Shown in pieces: positions 26,793 to 36,227 of a stretch of DNA of 64,000 nucleotides (position 1 is its first letter; each line of letters opens with the position of its first letter). The stretch lies in sequence record PP174317.1. The stretch is one strand, 5' to 3'. The stretch is from Acinetobacter phage vB_AbaSt_W16. The translations under genes and the position numbers were made by a program. The notes below the pieces were generated by a model. It had not been told where the DNA came from, made no database searches, and saw only the letters and a list, made by a program, of their open reading frames with translations.

Positions 26793-27332
26793 TTATCCTG
26801 CTGCTTTGTTAATCATTTCTTCAATAATTGACACAACTTTAGGATTTTTTAACATTGTTGATGCAGTACCTTGTATTGTCATGTTAGTACCATCTTTAAT
26901 GTTTAACTGTTTAGGATCACCAGCCGCTTTATCCGCAGCAATTTCTAAATCATCTTCAGAAATAAAATATGCTTTTTTCCGATCATTTGGAGAAATTGCT
27001 ACATGCGCCCCATGCAAAATTTTGTTAACAATTGCAGGATTTACTCTATGGTATCCGGTACTAAATTTGTCAAGTGTGGCATACCACCCTTTAATTTCAA
27101 AGTTTACCGCATCTTTAAGAGTTTTACCATAGCCAAATTGATTTTTTGCTGGGGCAATAACAAGGGTAAGAGTAAAATGTTCACCTACTGCATAACCGGG
27201 ACGATCTGCATAAGAGTTGATATGTACTGCAATCTCATCGCCTGATTTTTCTGTATGCATATAATCCCGGTCTTTTTTAATTACAGTTAATTGAGGTTTA
27301 GACGCTTCATATAATTTACTAAATTTTGACAT
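26793..27332 (-). CDS. Hypothetical protein (179 aa)
   Basis: ORF. Confidence 0.55.
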   Translation of the reverse strand: MSKFSKLYEASKPQLTVIKKDRDYMHTEKSGDEIAVHINSYADRPGYAVGEHFTLTLVIAPAKNQFGYGKTLKDAVNFEIKGWYATLDKFSTGYHRVNPAIVNKILHGAHVAISPNDRKKAYFISEDDLEIAADKAAGDPKQLNIKDGTNMTIQGTASTMLKNPKVVSIIEEMINKAAG

Positions 27333-27397
27333 ATAATGCCTTCCAATAAAAGTGTTATTAACTATTTATGAAAATATTATAACAAATATTTTAATCG

Positions 27398-27721
27398 TTA
27401 GGTATAGAATTTTTTACAATTATCAAAAAGAATTTGTTTCCATTTAGTTTCAGTCATTTGATCTTCATCATCCCACATCATACTATCAAATCCGTATTTT
27501 AAATAATCGGCGTATGCAAATAATGGAATTTCATCATGAATAATTTCATAAATGTTGCGTACATACTCTTCAAAATACATACGTAATATACGAAGTTCAG
27601 TTTGAAATGATACACTAGTTAGTGCACCATTATATTTTTGATAAAGTAATTTGCATGCGATGTTTGCAAAAATTGCTCGGTCATCACGGACCTGTTCGGG
27701 TTCACAAAAAGTTCTAGTCAT
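27398..27721 (-). CDS. Hypothetical protein (about 107 aa)
   Basis: Start placed at the ATG overlapping the upstream TAG stop. Confidence 0.45.
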   Translation of the reverse strand: MTRTFCEPEQVRDDRAIFANIACKLLYQKYNGALTSVSFQTELRILRMYFEEYVRNIYEIIHDEIPLFAYADYLKYGFDSMMWDDEDQMTETKWKQILFDNCKKFYT

Positions 27722-27980
27722 TGCTTGCATACCATGTAATAGTTTTACGACCGTATTCATCGGTAACTTCAAAATCTAATTCTGCCAAGTCACCATTATG
27801 TGTACGAAGATGATCATCTTCATAAATCATATCTTCGATTAGTTGTGCCTGTTCTTGGATATGAGCAAGAATTTCTTTAATCAATACAACTTTACGCCGA
27901 CTTGATTTAATCTTTATTTCTTCAAGCTGATTTTGTAAATCACGCTCGAGAATAGATGCACCTGCATGTTTTTTAGGCAT
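27714..27980 (-). CDS. Hypothetical acidic protein (88 aa)
   Basis: ORF. Confidence 0.5.
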   Translation of the reverse strand: MPKKHAGASILERDLQNQLEEIKIKSSRRKVVLIKEILAHIQEQAQLIEDMIYEDDHLRTHNGDLAELDFEVTDEYGRKTITWYASND

Positions 27981-28168
27981 TAACTATTCTCCGAAGATGC
28001 GGACCATTCACCAGTTTCATGGTCATATGTGCCACCCATGCCATATGCAGGACCCGAAATATAAAAAGTAAGCTTATGTTTATCTGCAAAAACTTCGGCT
28101 TCTAAAACGGCTGAATTAATTGCATCTTTTAAGCGTTTAAGTTCTTTTTGCTGTTCATCATATGTCAT
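27980..28168 (-). CDS. Hypothetical protein (62 aa)
   Basis: ORF. Confidence 0.45.
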   Translation of the reverse strand: MTYDEQQKELKRLKDAINSAVLEAEVFADKHKLTFYISGPAYGMGGTYDHETGEWSASSENS

Positions 28169-28225
28169 GTCATGTTCCTCAATTGGCTATTACTCATTCT
28201 AACATAAGTAATAGCCAAAGCAAAT

Positions 28226-29710
28226 TTAAAAGGTTAAAGATTCTGCCAATGCATCCAATTCACTTCGTGAAGCTGCTGCGACACGGTGCACTTTATCCAT
28301 TTCGACAGATTTGTGTAATTCAATAGATTCTTGTGTAACAGGCACTTGTTCTGCTGCACCAATACAAGCTTGAATAATTTCTTCTTCACTTGGAATAATT
28401 GGAGCACTTGGACCATCTTCTTCATGCCAACGCTGATTACCTTTCTTAACACACAAGTTAAACTTATTATTAATCATCTTATCACCATAACGCGATTTGA
28501 TTTGTTTCATAAGTTGAATACCTTGTGCTGCTAAATCTTCGGTTTCGATAACAGCTAAAATAAAATCGGCCGTGTGACTCAAGCCCGCAGATTCTGCAAT
28601 ATCTCCCATTGTAATATCAGAGTTATCCCACCCACCACGTGTTGTTTGTGCCGCGGTCCAAATTGGCACTTCCTCTTCAACTGCTAAAGCCCGAAGCTCT
28701 TCTGCAATTGCTTTTACTAAAGTATATGAGTTTTCACTAAACACTTTAATGCGAGAAGATGCACAAATACCTAAGTAATCGACAACAATAATATCAGGTT
28801 TAAACCCCTTCTTTAACTTCAATTCATTTAATAATGCCTTAAATGTTAAAGCGTGCGCACCACCGATTGGATATTGCTTAATATAAAGTTGGCCAAGTAC
28901 ATTGGATTTTCTCCAACGTTCCATTTTACCTTTATATTCTGCATAAGATACATGACCTTCATCCAGGTCATCCATTGTAACATCTAGTAAGTTGGCATCA
29001 ATACGTTTTGCTACAACTTCTTCAGCCATTTCCATGGAAATGTATAAAACATTTTTACCCATTTGTAAATAATCGGCTGCAAGAGAACACAGACCCAATG
29101 ATTTACCAACGTTTACACCCGCAAGTAAAATATTCAAAGTACCGGTTTCAACACCACCTTTTGTAATAACATTTAACTTATTAAGTTTAAATGGTACTTT
29201 ACGGGTTTTATTTTGATATGAAAGCCATCGGGCTTCGTAATCATCCATCCAAGAATGACCGATTGATGAGTCAAAACAAATAGATAAGGCTTCTTTCATA
29301 ATGTCTGGAATTGCACCAACATCAGGTAAATACTTATCTCGTTTTTCTTTTGGCTTTTCCGCATTTAATTGAATTTGGACAATGCGAGTGGTTGCATTAT
29401 ACATTGCAACATTTTTAACATATTGCTCTGTTTCAGGTACTAGCCAATCATTAGATTCTTTTTCAAGTTTCAAACGATTTAATAATTCCATTGCACCCTT
29501 ATATTCAGTTTCGGGCAGTTGAGAATTACCTATTGCAATATCAAGAGCTACTTTGCTTGGAACCCCATTATAAGCATCAACATGTTTTTTAATAGAATTA
29601 AAAATAGTACGAGCGGGACCTTTTTCAAAGTACTCGTCTTTCATATATGGCCATACCCGACCAAAATATTCCTGGTTGGATATCAGTTGGCCCAAAATTA
29701 CATCAATCAT
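28226..29710 (-). CDS. 41: Replicative DNA helicase (gp41, DnaB family)
   Basis: Collinear with T4 gp41: VWPYM..EYFE.GPA, GTLNILLAGVNVGKSLGLCSLAADYLQMGKNVLYISMEMAEEV, IKSRYGDK. Confidence 0.95.
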   Translation of the reverse strand: MIDVILGQLISNQEYFGRVWPYMKDEYFEKGPARTIFNSIKKHVDAYNGVPSKVALDIAIGNSQLPETEYKGAMELLNRLKLEKESNDWLVPETEQYVKNVAMYNATTRIVQIQLNAEKPKEKRDKYLPDVGAIPDIMKEALSICFDSSIGHSWMDDYEARWLSYQNKTRKVPFKLNKLNVITKGGVETGTLNILLAGVNVGKSLGLCSLAADYLQMGKNVLYISMEMAEEVVAKRIDANLLDVTMDDLDEGHVSYAEYKGKMERWRKSNVLGQLYIKQYPIGGAHALTFKALLNELKLKKGFKPDIIVVDYLGICASSRIKVFSENSYTLVKAIAEELRALAVEEEVPIWTAAQTTRGGWDNSDITMGDIAESAGLSHTADFILAVIETEDLAAQGIQLMKQIKSRYGDKMINNKFNLCVKKGNQRWHEEDGPSAPIIPSEEEIIQACIGAAEQVPVTQESIELHKSVEMDKVHRVAAASRSELDALAESLTF

Positions 29711-29763
29711 AATGGCACCTCAATTAATATAAAAATTATATCATACCCTTATAAAAAGCAAAA

Positions 29764-29786
29764 AGACCCGAAGGTCTTTTTAAAAG
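29764..29786. terminator. Hairpin AGACCC-gaag-GGTCT
   Basis: aaaAGACCCgaagGGTCTtttt. Confidence 0.55.
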
Positions 29787-30106
29787 AAGAATGATTTTTT
29801 AACGCGCCGTGGATTTGGTGCAGGCTCATTTAAGGCCAACTGAGTTAAAGCAGCTTCAACATGTTTTCCTAATTCATCTTTGCGATCCGTAGAAGGCGTA
29901 CTAAAGTCTAAAGAAATACGACCTGAGACATCAACATCGCACCCATGAATATAAACGATATGATGTGTATCGTCTTCAAGGGTGATAACCATTTCATGCT
30001 TAACATCTTTCATGGCATCTTTGATGATATCAAATGATTGATTGAATAAGTTATCACCCGGAGTATATGTATGCGTTTCTGTTACAATTTCTGAATCTGT
30101 GCTCAT
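29780..30106 (-). CDS. Hypothetical protein (108 aa)
   Basis: ORF in the position where T4 has gene 40. Confidence 0.45.
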   Translation of the reverse strand: MSTDSEIVTETHTYTPGDNLFNQSFDIIKDAMKDVKHEMVITLEDDTHHIVYIHGCDVDVSGRISLDFSTPSTDRKDELGKHVEAALTQLALNEPAPNPRRVKKSFFF

Positions 30107-30423
30107 TTATTTGTCCTTTTAATTGAAAACTGAATATAAGCTTTTTCATATACCACTGGGTGATCAAATTCATCATGAAAAATTACATCCAGTTGTGTTT
30201 TATTTAACTTAACAAAATGTTTTTTAATTAAGTTATACATTTCTTTTACTTCAGATTTAGGTCGGTATTTCTCCGGCCAATTTACACCCCAATATGATAG
30301 CTCAGGGTGCAACTGAATTAAATTCAATACTTGGTGTTCGGCATTATTTAAAACTTTTTCAGCACTTTCAATAGTTATAGATTTGTCTGGCAAACCCTTT
30401 AAAACATTTTTAAAATCAATCAT
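30103..30423 (-). CDS. Hypothetical protein (106 aa)
   Basis: ORF. Confidence 0.5.
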   Translation of the reverse strand: MIDFKNVLKGLPDKSITIESAEKVLNNAEHQVLNLIQLHPELSYWGVNWPEKYRPKSEVKEMYNLIKKHFVKLNKTQLDVIFHDEFDHPVVYEKAYIQFSIKRTNK

Positions 30424-30755
30424 ATTAAACGGTCCTTTCGTTCAATATAAAATTTAATGCTTGGTTCCCGGCTACGTGCAAATTGTTGGTCCGTATTAAC
30501 AAACTCAATTTGCATTTGGGTTTTTCCTGTTTTTACATAGTTGTCTCGAATATATGTAAAAGCGCGGCGAAGTAAATCCGGTGGTAATTCTATAGACGGA
30601 GCCTCAATTGAAACCCATTGATTTCGTGAAATATCTGCAGTAATTTTATCTTGTAAAATCTTTTCATTGGATTCAACTAAAGCTGCAGCTATTTTTTGCA
30701 AATTCTCTGTATCGGCAATAGTTAATGCCTGTATATGTGCGTGTAAGTCGATCAT
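30420..30755 (-). CDS. Hypothetical protein (111 aa)
   Basis: ORF. Confidence 0.5.
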   Translation of the reverse strand: MIDLHAHIQALTIADTENLQKIAAALVESNEKILQDKITADISRNQWVSIEAPSIELPPDLLRRAFTYIRDNYVKTGKTQMQIEFVNTDQQFARSREPSIKFYIERKDRLI

Positions 30756-30988
30756 AATAAAATACTCAAAATAATTATAAATTGAATGGATAATGTTATT
30801 GTAACACCTAATGATATATAAGCGGCTTTCTTATACCAAAGCTTACGTTTATACTCTTCACCTATACCCCACATTAAATCTGTAAAAACCTTTTCATTTT
30901 CACGTGTATCTAATGCAGAAAATGAGGCATAAGAAACTAATGATAAAATTATGCCGAGTACGAGTATATATCCGATATTAATTAACAT
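30752..30988 (-). CDS. Small membrane protein (78 aa, 2 TM)
   Basis: Hydrophobic ORF. Confidence 0.45.
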   Translation of the reverse strand: MLINIGYILVLGIILSLVSYASFSALDTRENEKVFTDLMWGIGEEYKRKLWYKKAAYISLGVTITLSIQFIIILSILL

Positions 30989-31299
30989 TTAAGAAGACCC
31001 TTTAAAGTTTCAATACATTTATCGAGACGTTGAAATAAACTTTTCAAATCAACTTCACTTTCAAGAAGCTCATCTGTTGCTTTCCCTGGTACTACCGTTT
31101 CAATATGATCAATAATTATATCTGGTCCAGTGCAAGCAGGTTTCCATCCATTTGAATAAATGCGTAAGTCGGCTTGCTGAATGTGCGGATAGTATTGATA
31201 AAAACAATCAACTCCTTGATGTTGTAATTTAAAACATAAATCCAGGATTTCATGATTTTTATCTTGAATTTGCTTAGTAACAGTCGCTCGGATATCCAT
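30982..31299 (-). CDS. Hypothetical protein (105 aa)
   Basis: ORF. Confidence 0.5.
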   Translation of the reverse strand: MDIRATVTKQIQDKNHEILDLCFKLQHQGVDCFYQYYPHIQQADLRIYSNGWKPACTGPDIIIDHIETVVPGKATDELLESEVDLKSLFQRLDKCIETLKGLLKC

Positions 31300-31781
31300 T
31301 AGTATAAGTTCTCACTATAAAGAGTTCCACCTTTAGATGTGTCACCACCCACACGACATACAATTTGTTTTTGTTCGACGGCAATTTTCCATGCTTCTTG
31401 TCGATCAACAAATCGATGTTTATTTGTCAAAAAGCCTTGTACTTCAGTGCTACGATATAAAATATCTTCACCGCTATTATGACCTACAAATGAACTATGC
31501 ATAACACCACAGGCATGACGAACACCAGCAATAACAATCTTTTTACCATTGTGATCTTCATATTGATTCGCAGCGCAAACAATGCGTTCGGGTGCAATAT
31601 AATCACGGCCATCTGGTAAATTATTGATATTATATGTATCTCGATACCATACTTCACTTTTTGTTACATTAATATTCGGGGCGTGGTTATCAACACTCAT
31701 ATTATAATATCCTACATTTGGAAGACTATCAAGAGTTTCTTTAGTAATTACATCAAGTGGGTTAGTCATAAGAAATTCCAT
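31299..31781 (-). CDS. Hypothetical protein (160 aa)
   Basis: ORF. Confidence 0.55.
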   Translation of the reverse strand: MEFLMTNPLDVITKETLDSLPNVGYYNMSVDNHAPNINVTKSEVWYRDTYNINNLPDGRDYIAPERIVCAANQYEDHNGKKIVIAGVRHACGVMHSSFVGHNSGEDILYRSTEVQGFLTNKHRFVDRQEAWKIAVEQKQIVCRVGGDTSKGGTLYSENLY

Positions 31782-32130
31782 TAGATTTTAAACATGCGCC
31801 ATAAGATGACGTGTAAAAAGATGATTTGATATAACCAAATCGTAATTGTGCTTCTTGAATTGAAATTTGTCTACATGCTTCTGCAATTAATTCACGAGCA
31901 CCGGCTTTCGGTTGGTTTCGAATGATTTTATCAACTTCGCGTTGCTTTTCAACAGCCACATTAATTTGACTTTGCATCCACTTGCGATGACTTGCGATAT
32001 CGTCATCAAGAGCTTGTTGACGTTGATATTCTTTTTCAATGCATTTTGTATCCCAATTATAACAACCAGGCACAGCAGCATTTACTGAAGTTAATGTGCA
32101 TACACTCAAAATTAAAATAAGATTTTTCAT
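31762..32130 (-). CDS. Secreted protein (Sec signal peptide, 122 aa)
   Basis: MKNLILILSVCTLTSVNAAV. Confidence 0.55.
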   Translation of the reverse strand: MKNLILILSVCTLTSVNAAVPGCYNWDTKCIEKEYQRQQALDDDIASHRKWMQSQINVAVEKQREVDKIIRNQPKAGARELIAEACRQISIQEAQLRFGYIKSSFYTSSYGACLKSNGISYD

Positions 32131-32423
32131 TAGATTACTCCAATCATACTTGCAATTACAGCAAGTTCACCGGCACCAATGATGAAAACTAAAAACATTA
32201 AAAATATAGCAAATGCGATTGATTTTAATGTATTAGCAAGACCAATTGAAATTGCAGAAACAATAAAGGCAATAATTGTGGTAAAACCCATTGTAACAAA
32301 TCCAAGTAAATTTAAAATAAGACTTGTTAAAATTATGCCTGTTGACCGCTTATAGTACACTGCCATAACAGTTGGAAAAAATGATAAAAATAACCCAACT
32401 AATGCCGCTAAAATAAGACTCAT
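32130..32423 (-). CDS. Polytopic membrane protein (97 aa)
   Basis: Almost entirely hydrophobic. Confidence 0.5.
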   Translation of the reverse strand: MSLILAALVGLFLSFFPTVMAVYYKRSTGIILTSLILNLLGFVTMGFTTIIAFIVSAISIGLANTLKSIAFAIFLMFLVFIIGAGELAVIASMIGVI

Positions 32424-32746
32424 AATTTTTTCTCCCGAGCATCTACATGGATGATACGGATATTATTTGCGTCAGGATATACTTCCCAACGATAGTTTTC
32501 CCAATTTTCAAGAAGTACATTATCAATTTTTGCAACGTCCACATACCCTTGATACGCATCCCAACAAGTTTTATCTTTAATTGGTTCATCGGAACTAAAC
32601 ACTGCGATTGAACCATCCTTGTCGATTGCAAGCCATTTTGCATTCTTTGGTATATAAATTGTATGATCAATGCCTTCAGGCGACCATTCAGTTTTTAATC
32701 GAAGAATAACTTGAGGCGGAGTATATAGATTTTTAAAAATTGCCAT
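32420..32746 (-). CDS. Hypothetical protein (108 aa); paralog of 11975-12283
   Basis: See 11975-12283. Confidence 0.55.
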   Translation of the reverse strand: MAIFKNLYTPPQVILRLKTEWSPEGIDHTIYIPKNAKWLAIDKDGSIAVFSSDEPIKDKTCWDAYQGYVDVAKIDNVLLENWENYRWEVYPDANNIRIIHVDAREKKL

Positions 32747-32788
32747 AATAAAATTCTCAAATTTGTATCTTGAATATAATATTACTAA

Positions 32789-32818
32789 AAATCCAGGGCT
32801 ATGTACATAGCCCTGGAT
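32789..32818. terminator. Hairpin CCAGGGCTA-tgtaca-TAGCCCTGG
   Basis: Near-identical to the hairpin at 24929. Confidence 0.6.
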
Positions 32819-32826
32819 AATTTATT

Positions 32827-33138
32827 TCAACTTTTTTCTATGAATCGTATTTTATACTCTTCACAAATTTTATCCGCCGTATTAAAAGCTTGCGTTGGAG
32901 TAGAACCATCTTTTAATCTACTTAATACGGATGTTAACCATATCGGGCCTAAATCGGGAGGTTCTCGTTTAGGCTTGTTAATAGAATCAAACTCTTTTGC
33001 TCGACGCTTTGCATCATAAACCTGAGCATCCGATACAATCATAGTAGTTCTACATTTTCGACAACGGACTTGCGGAGGATTACTCAACAAGACCGAATTG
33101 TAGTTAAAATCATGAACACATGTTTCTTGATTTGCCAT
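32827..33138 (-). CDS. Hypothetical protein (103 aa) with CxxC...CxxC pairs
   Basis: CVHDF...CRKC; ORF. Confidence 0.5.
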   Translation of the reverse strand: MANQETCVHDFNYNSVLLSNPPQVRCRKCRTTMIVSDAQVYDAKRRAKEFDSINKPKREPPDLGPIWLTSVLSRLKDGSTPTQAFNTADKICEEYKIRFIEKS

Positions 33139-33140
33139 AA

Positions 33141-34325
33141 TTAGAATCCAAAAATATCTTCAAGCGATGCCCGCTTTTCAAATTTAAGCCCTGCTGCGTC
33201 ACTCATTGCCTCTAGAGGTTTTTTGAATGATTTCGCAAACATTTCTGCCGTATCAATATGACGTAAAACATCATCTCGAATTTCTTTTGGTAAATCATTA
33301 CCAGACGGCCAAGCCATAACTTTTTCACCAAATGGATTACCCTGTTTGAGTGGGATAACCATAACTTTTTCGCCTTCCATAATATCAGGAAGACCTTGGA
33401 ATTTTTTAATTGCTCGTTTATATGCAAGTACACCACGAATATGACCAGGACATTTTAATCCAGGGAATCCTTTATCGTCATATTTTGCAATATTGTTTGC
33501 TGCTGATACTTTAGCAACCACCTTATAATCCAATTTACGGAATTCTGCATCAAATTCCTTATAATATTCTTGTAAAGATGATTCACCTTCTTGTAACATA
33601 CGACGAACAGCTTCATATAATGCATCTTTAACCGCTTTTGGTGTAGATGATTTTTGTGTTTCCAGTCCCATGATTTTTAAATATGGTTCTTTAAAACGCA
33701 CGCCTTCCATGTCGTATACATTTAATGCATAACGTTTCTTCGCGGTCCAGAATGCACCAATACCGTCAGAACCTAATGGTGGGCATGCAATTGCTTCGCG
33801 GTCCATAAACATTAATTGTTCATAATTGTTTAAGTATTCGCACATTTCAGCAAAGCCTGCATTAATAACAGGTTCGATCTTTTTAGATGCAACAGCATCC
33901 AAGAAATCTACAAGTTGTTCAGTTGTTGTAAATCGGTCCAACCCAACCTTTTCAATCAATGGTGATAGTTCAAGATATAATGAATCAGTATCGCCATAAA
34001 TGACATATGCATGATTTGTAGTACCACACATCTCATTCAAATATGTGTTAATCTTTCGTTCGGTCCATTGTAATACAAGTTGACCAAAAATAGTAATAGC
34101 TTCTGCATTTCGAAGATCATAAAAACGGAACCAAATATTACCTAACGCACCATAAAGTGAGTTAATCAATAATTTACGGTTAATCTGATTCGTGTCACAT
34201 AATGTAATATAGTCTTCGCATTGGTCTTCTAACGCAATAAGTTCTTCTTGCGAAAGTGTCTGCAAATATGCAATTTCTTCTTCTGTAAAGTCCCGGCTAA
34301 AGTCAAGAACCATATCATACTCCAA
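33141..34325 (-). CDS. 43: DNA polymerase gp43, C-terminal piece (43B: palm/thumb with motifs B and C)
   Basis: Own ATG and stop. NQINRKLLINSLYGALGN (motif B) and VIYGDTDSLY (motif C) are collinear with T4 gp43 residues from about 690 to the end. Confidence 0.9.
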   Translation of the reverse strand: MEYDMVLDFSRDFTEEEIAYLQTLSQEELIALEDQCEDYITLCDTNQINRKLLINSLYGALGNIWFRFYDLRNAEAITIFGQLVLQWTERKINTYLNEMCGTTNHAYVIYGDTDSLYLELSPLIEKVGLDRFTTTEQLVDFLDAVASKKIEPVINAGFAEMCEYLNNYEQLMFMDREAIACPPLGSDGIGAFWTAKKRYALNVYDMEGVRFKEPYLKIMGLETQKSSTPKAVKDALYEAVRRMLQEGESSLQEYYKEFDAEFRKLDYKVVAKVSAANNIAKYDDKGFPGLKCPGHIRGVLAYKRAIKKFQGLPDIMEGEKVMVIPLKQGNPFGEKVMAWPSGNDLPKEIRDDVLRHIDTAEMFAKSFKKPLEAMSDAAGLKFEKRASLEDIFGF

Positions 34326-34370
34326 TATAAGGGTTTAAATTATTATACAATTAATATAAAAATAAGCGCC

Positions 34371-34610
34371 TTAATCATAATCTCGTGGGTTAATGGTATA
34401 AGTTAAACCAATGTAGCCTACAACTTCATCAGGTAAATCAATGAATAAAATCTTTGCAACTTCAATTAGTTCATTGATTTTTAGTTTAGCAATATTCATG
34501 TCATCAGAATAATCACCACTTGAATAAGTATTAGAATAATCGGCATATGTATAATCATACACGTGCTTTTCTAAACGCTTAATAAAATTATCATGTTGAG
34601 ATTTAGTCAT
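34371..34610 (-). CDS. Hypothetical protein (79 aa) inside the gene-43 insert
   Basis: ORF. Confidence 0.45.
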   Translation of the reverse strand: MTKSQHDNFIKRLEKHVYDYTYADYSNTYSSGDYSDDMNIAKLKINELIEVAKILFIDLPDEVVGYIGLTYTINPRDYD

Positions 34611-34652
34611 AAGTACCTCAAAAATAAAAAGAAGGCTTAGAGCCTTCTTTAA

Positions 34653-35033
34653 TTAAATTGATAACATCCTATTATTCAGAACAATGCGAATTACCTTATC
34701 GACGGTTATACTGTTTCTTAGTGATGCATTGGCTGAAATTTTACTTAGGCCTTCATGTGCCAAATAAAATAAAAGTTTATTTGGGTCTGCATCATAATGA
34801 ACAACATGATCTAATTTGGGTTCCCATTTTTCTTTTTTAACAAGATGTACTGTAAAATCCGCTGAAAATGGATTTTTACGTATTTGGTCCATTAAATTAT
34901 TAATAACATCATTTAGAATTGCTTCAAATGTCTTCTCATATTGAGAGATTTGTTTACGAGCTTCGTCGCATATAAATTGATCTAAAGTTGTCATTAAATA
35001 TTCCATATAAAAAGTGGCCAGTAATTTGACCAC
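34653..35033 (-). CDS. Hypothetical protein (126 aa) inside the gene-43 insert
   Basis: ORF. Confidence 0.5.
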   Translation of the reverse strand: MVKLLATFYMEYLMTTLDQFICDEARKQISQYEKTFEAILNDVINNLMDQIRKNPFSADFTVHLVKKEKWEPKLDHVVHYDADPNKLLFYLAHEGLSKISANASLRNSITVDKVIRIVLNNRMLSI

Positions 35034-35041
35034 TTATATAT

Positions 35042-35242
35042 TTAGAACATTGCGTTTACAGTTTGAGACCCTGCTTCAAATGGGTTTTTAAACATTACGC
35101 AACCACATAAAAATCCGGCCAGATATAATAATGGGATACAAAACAATAATCCAAATAAAACACGCCAAGCCAGAGGTGCTTTTTCGCTAAATCCTTCAGC
35201 ATCTTCCCATGCATTTTTAATTTGAAATAAAATATCAGACAT
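35042..35242 (-). CDS. Small membrane protein (66 aa) inside the gene-43 insert
   Basis: ORF with a TM segment. Confidence 0.45.
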   Translation of the reverse strand: MSDILFQIKNAWEDAEGFSEKAPLAWRVLFGLLFCIPLLYLAGFLCGCVMFKNPFEAGSQTVNAMF

Positions 35243-35553
35243 TATATTACTCCTACCAAATAATTTAATATATGTAGTGTCGGTGTAATTCGTAAATCAG
35301 ATTGATATGATTGCATTGCCATAGTATGAACATGTTCAACTGTTGAATTATGTGTACAACGAGCGTTTAATGTTGTTTCAATATTTTTACGAACTTGATC
35401 CACAGTATTAAAATATGTTTTCGGCCTTGGCAAATTTAAGGCTTTTAAAATTGCGGGTTGCCAATTAACAGAGAAGCCTTGTGGCTTCTCTTGAATAATA
35501 AACAAATGTGTTTCTAAACGCTCAAACACTTCATTTGTTTGACTAGATTTCAT
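35242..35553 (-). CDS. Hypothetical protein (about 103 aa) inside the gene-43 insert
   Basis: ORF. Confidence 0.45.
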   Translation of the reverse strand: MKSSQTNEVFERLETHLFIIQEKPQGFSVNWQPAILKALNLPRPKTYFNTVDQVRKNIETTLNARCTHNSTVEHVHTMAMQSYQSDLRITPTLHILNYLVGVI

Positions 35554-35866
35554 AACGTTTAACCACCATATCGTAACGAGGATGTTTTGCACGTAATTCT
35601 GATTGAATTTTTACAAAACCATCAAAAATTTCATGTAACAAAGGTACTGTAATTGCTTTATGACTTAATGTTTTAGCCAATTCTAAAATTGCATCGCGAA
35701 TATCTTTACGAACATCATCAGCAAACTGGTTTATAAACATATCATCACAATCTAATAATGCATTACCGTCACGAATTATGCATAAGTATGGATATACATT
35801 AACACTTTGAACTTGTGAGTTATGTGAAATTACGCCAGCATCAAATTCAATAAAATTGGTTTTCAT
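35543..35866 (-). CDS. Hypothetical protein (107 aa) inside the gene-43 insert
   Basis: ORF. Confidence 0.5.
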   Translation of the reverse strand: MKTNFIEFDAGVISHNSQVQSVNVYPYLCIIRDGNALLDCDDMFINQFADDVRKDIRDAILELAKTLSHKAITVPLLHEIFDGFVKIQSELRAKHPRYDMVVKRYEI

Positions 35867-35893
35867 AACATTTTCCTCAAATACTTTAAAAGA

Positions 35894-36166
35894 TTAAGCA
35901 ATAACTAATTTAGTTGCGATTGGCTCAAGTTCATCTGCTAAGGCCGCTAAGTTTAATGTTGTTACATCAACACCAATGTAATTATGGATAATACGTTCCA
36001 TTTGTTGGATTTCATTTAAATTTGATTCGCGAATATATTCGGGTACAACAAATTTAACTGAATCATTTGCAAATAAAACAGATACTTCACCCAAAGTAAT
36101 TTTACCGTCAAGCGAACGTGTTGCGCGAGCATCTACAACTGCTTTACATTGATTTAATACTTTCAT
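35894..36166 (-). CDS. Hypothetical protein (90 aa) inside the gene-43 insert
   Basis: ORF. Confidence 0.5.
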   Translation of the reverse strand: MKVLNQCKAVVDARATRSLDGKITLGEVSVLFANDSVKFVVPEYIRESNLNEIQQMERIIHNYIGVDVTTLNLAALADELEPIATKLVIA

Positions 36167-36227
36167 TTCATTTACCTTGTTTGCTTGATGTGATCATTAT
36201 ATCACATCCTTGTGATAATGGAACCCT

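Noticed and set aside
26752-27132. 126-aa plus-strand ORF, and similar antisense ORFs (2024-2263, 5270-5638, 8529-8943, 13726-13938, 53458-53766, 54263-54658)
   Set aside because: They overlap minus-strand genes that show conserved start/stop coupling. They are typical shadow ORFs in AT-rich DNA.
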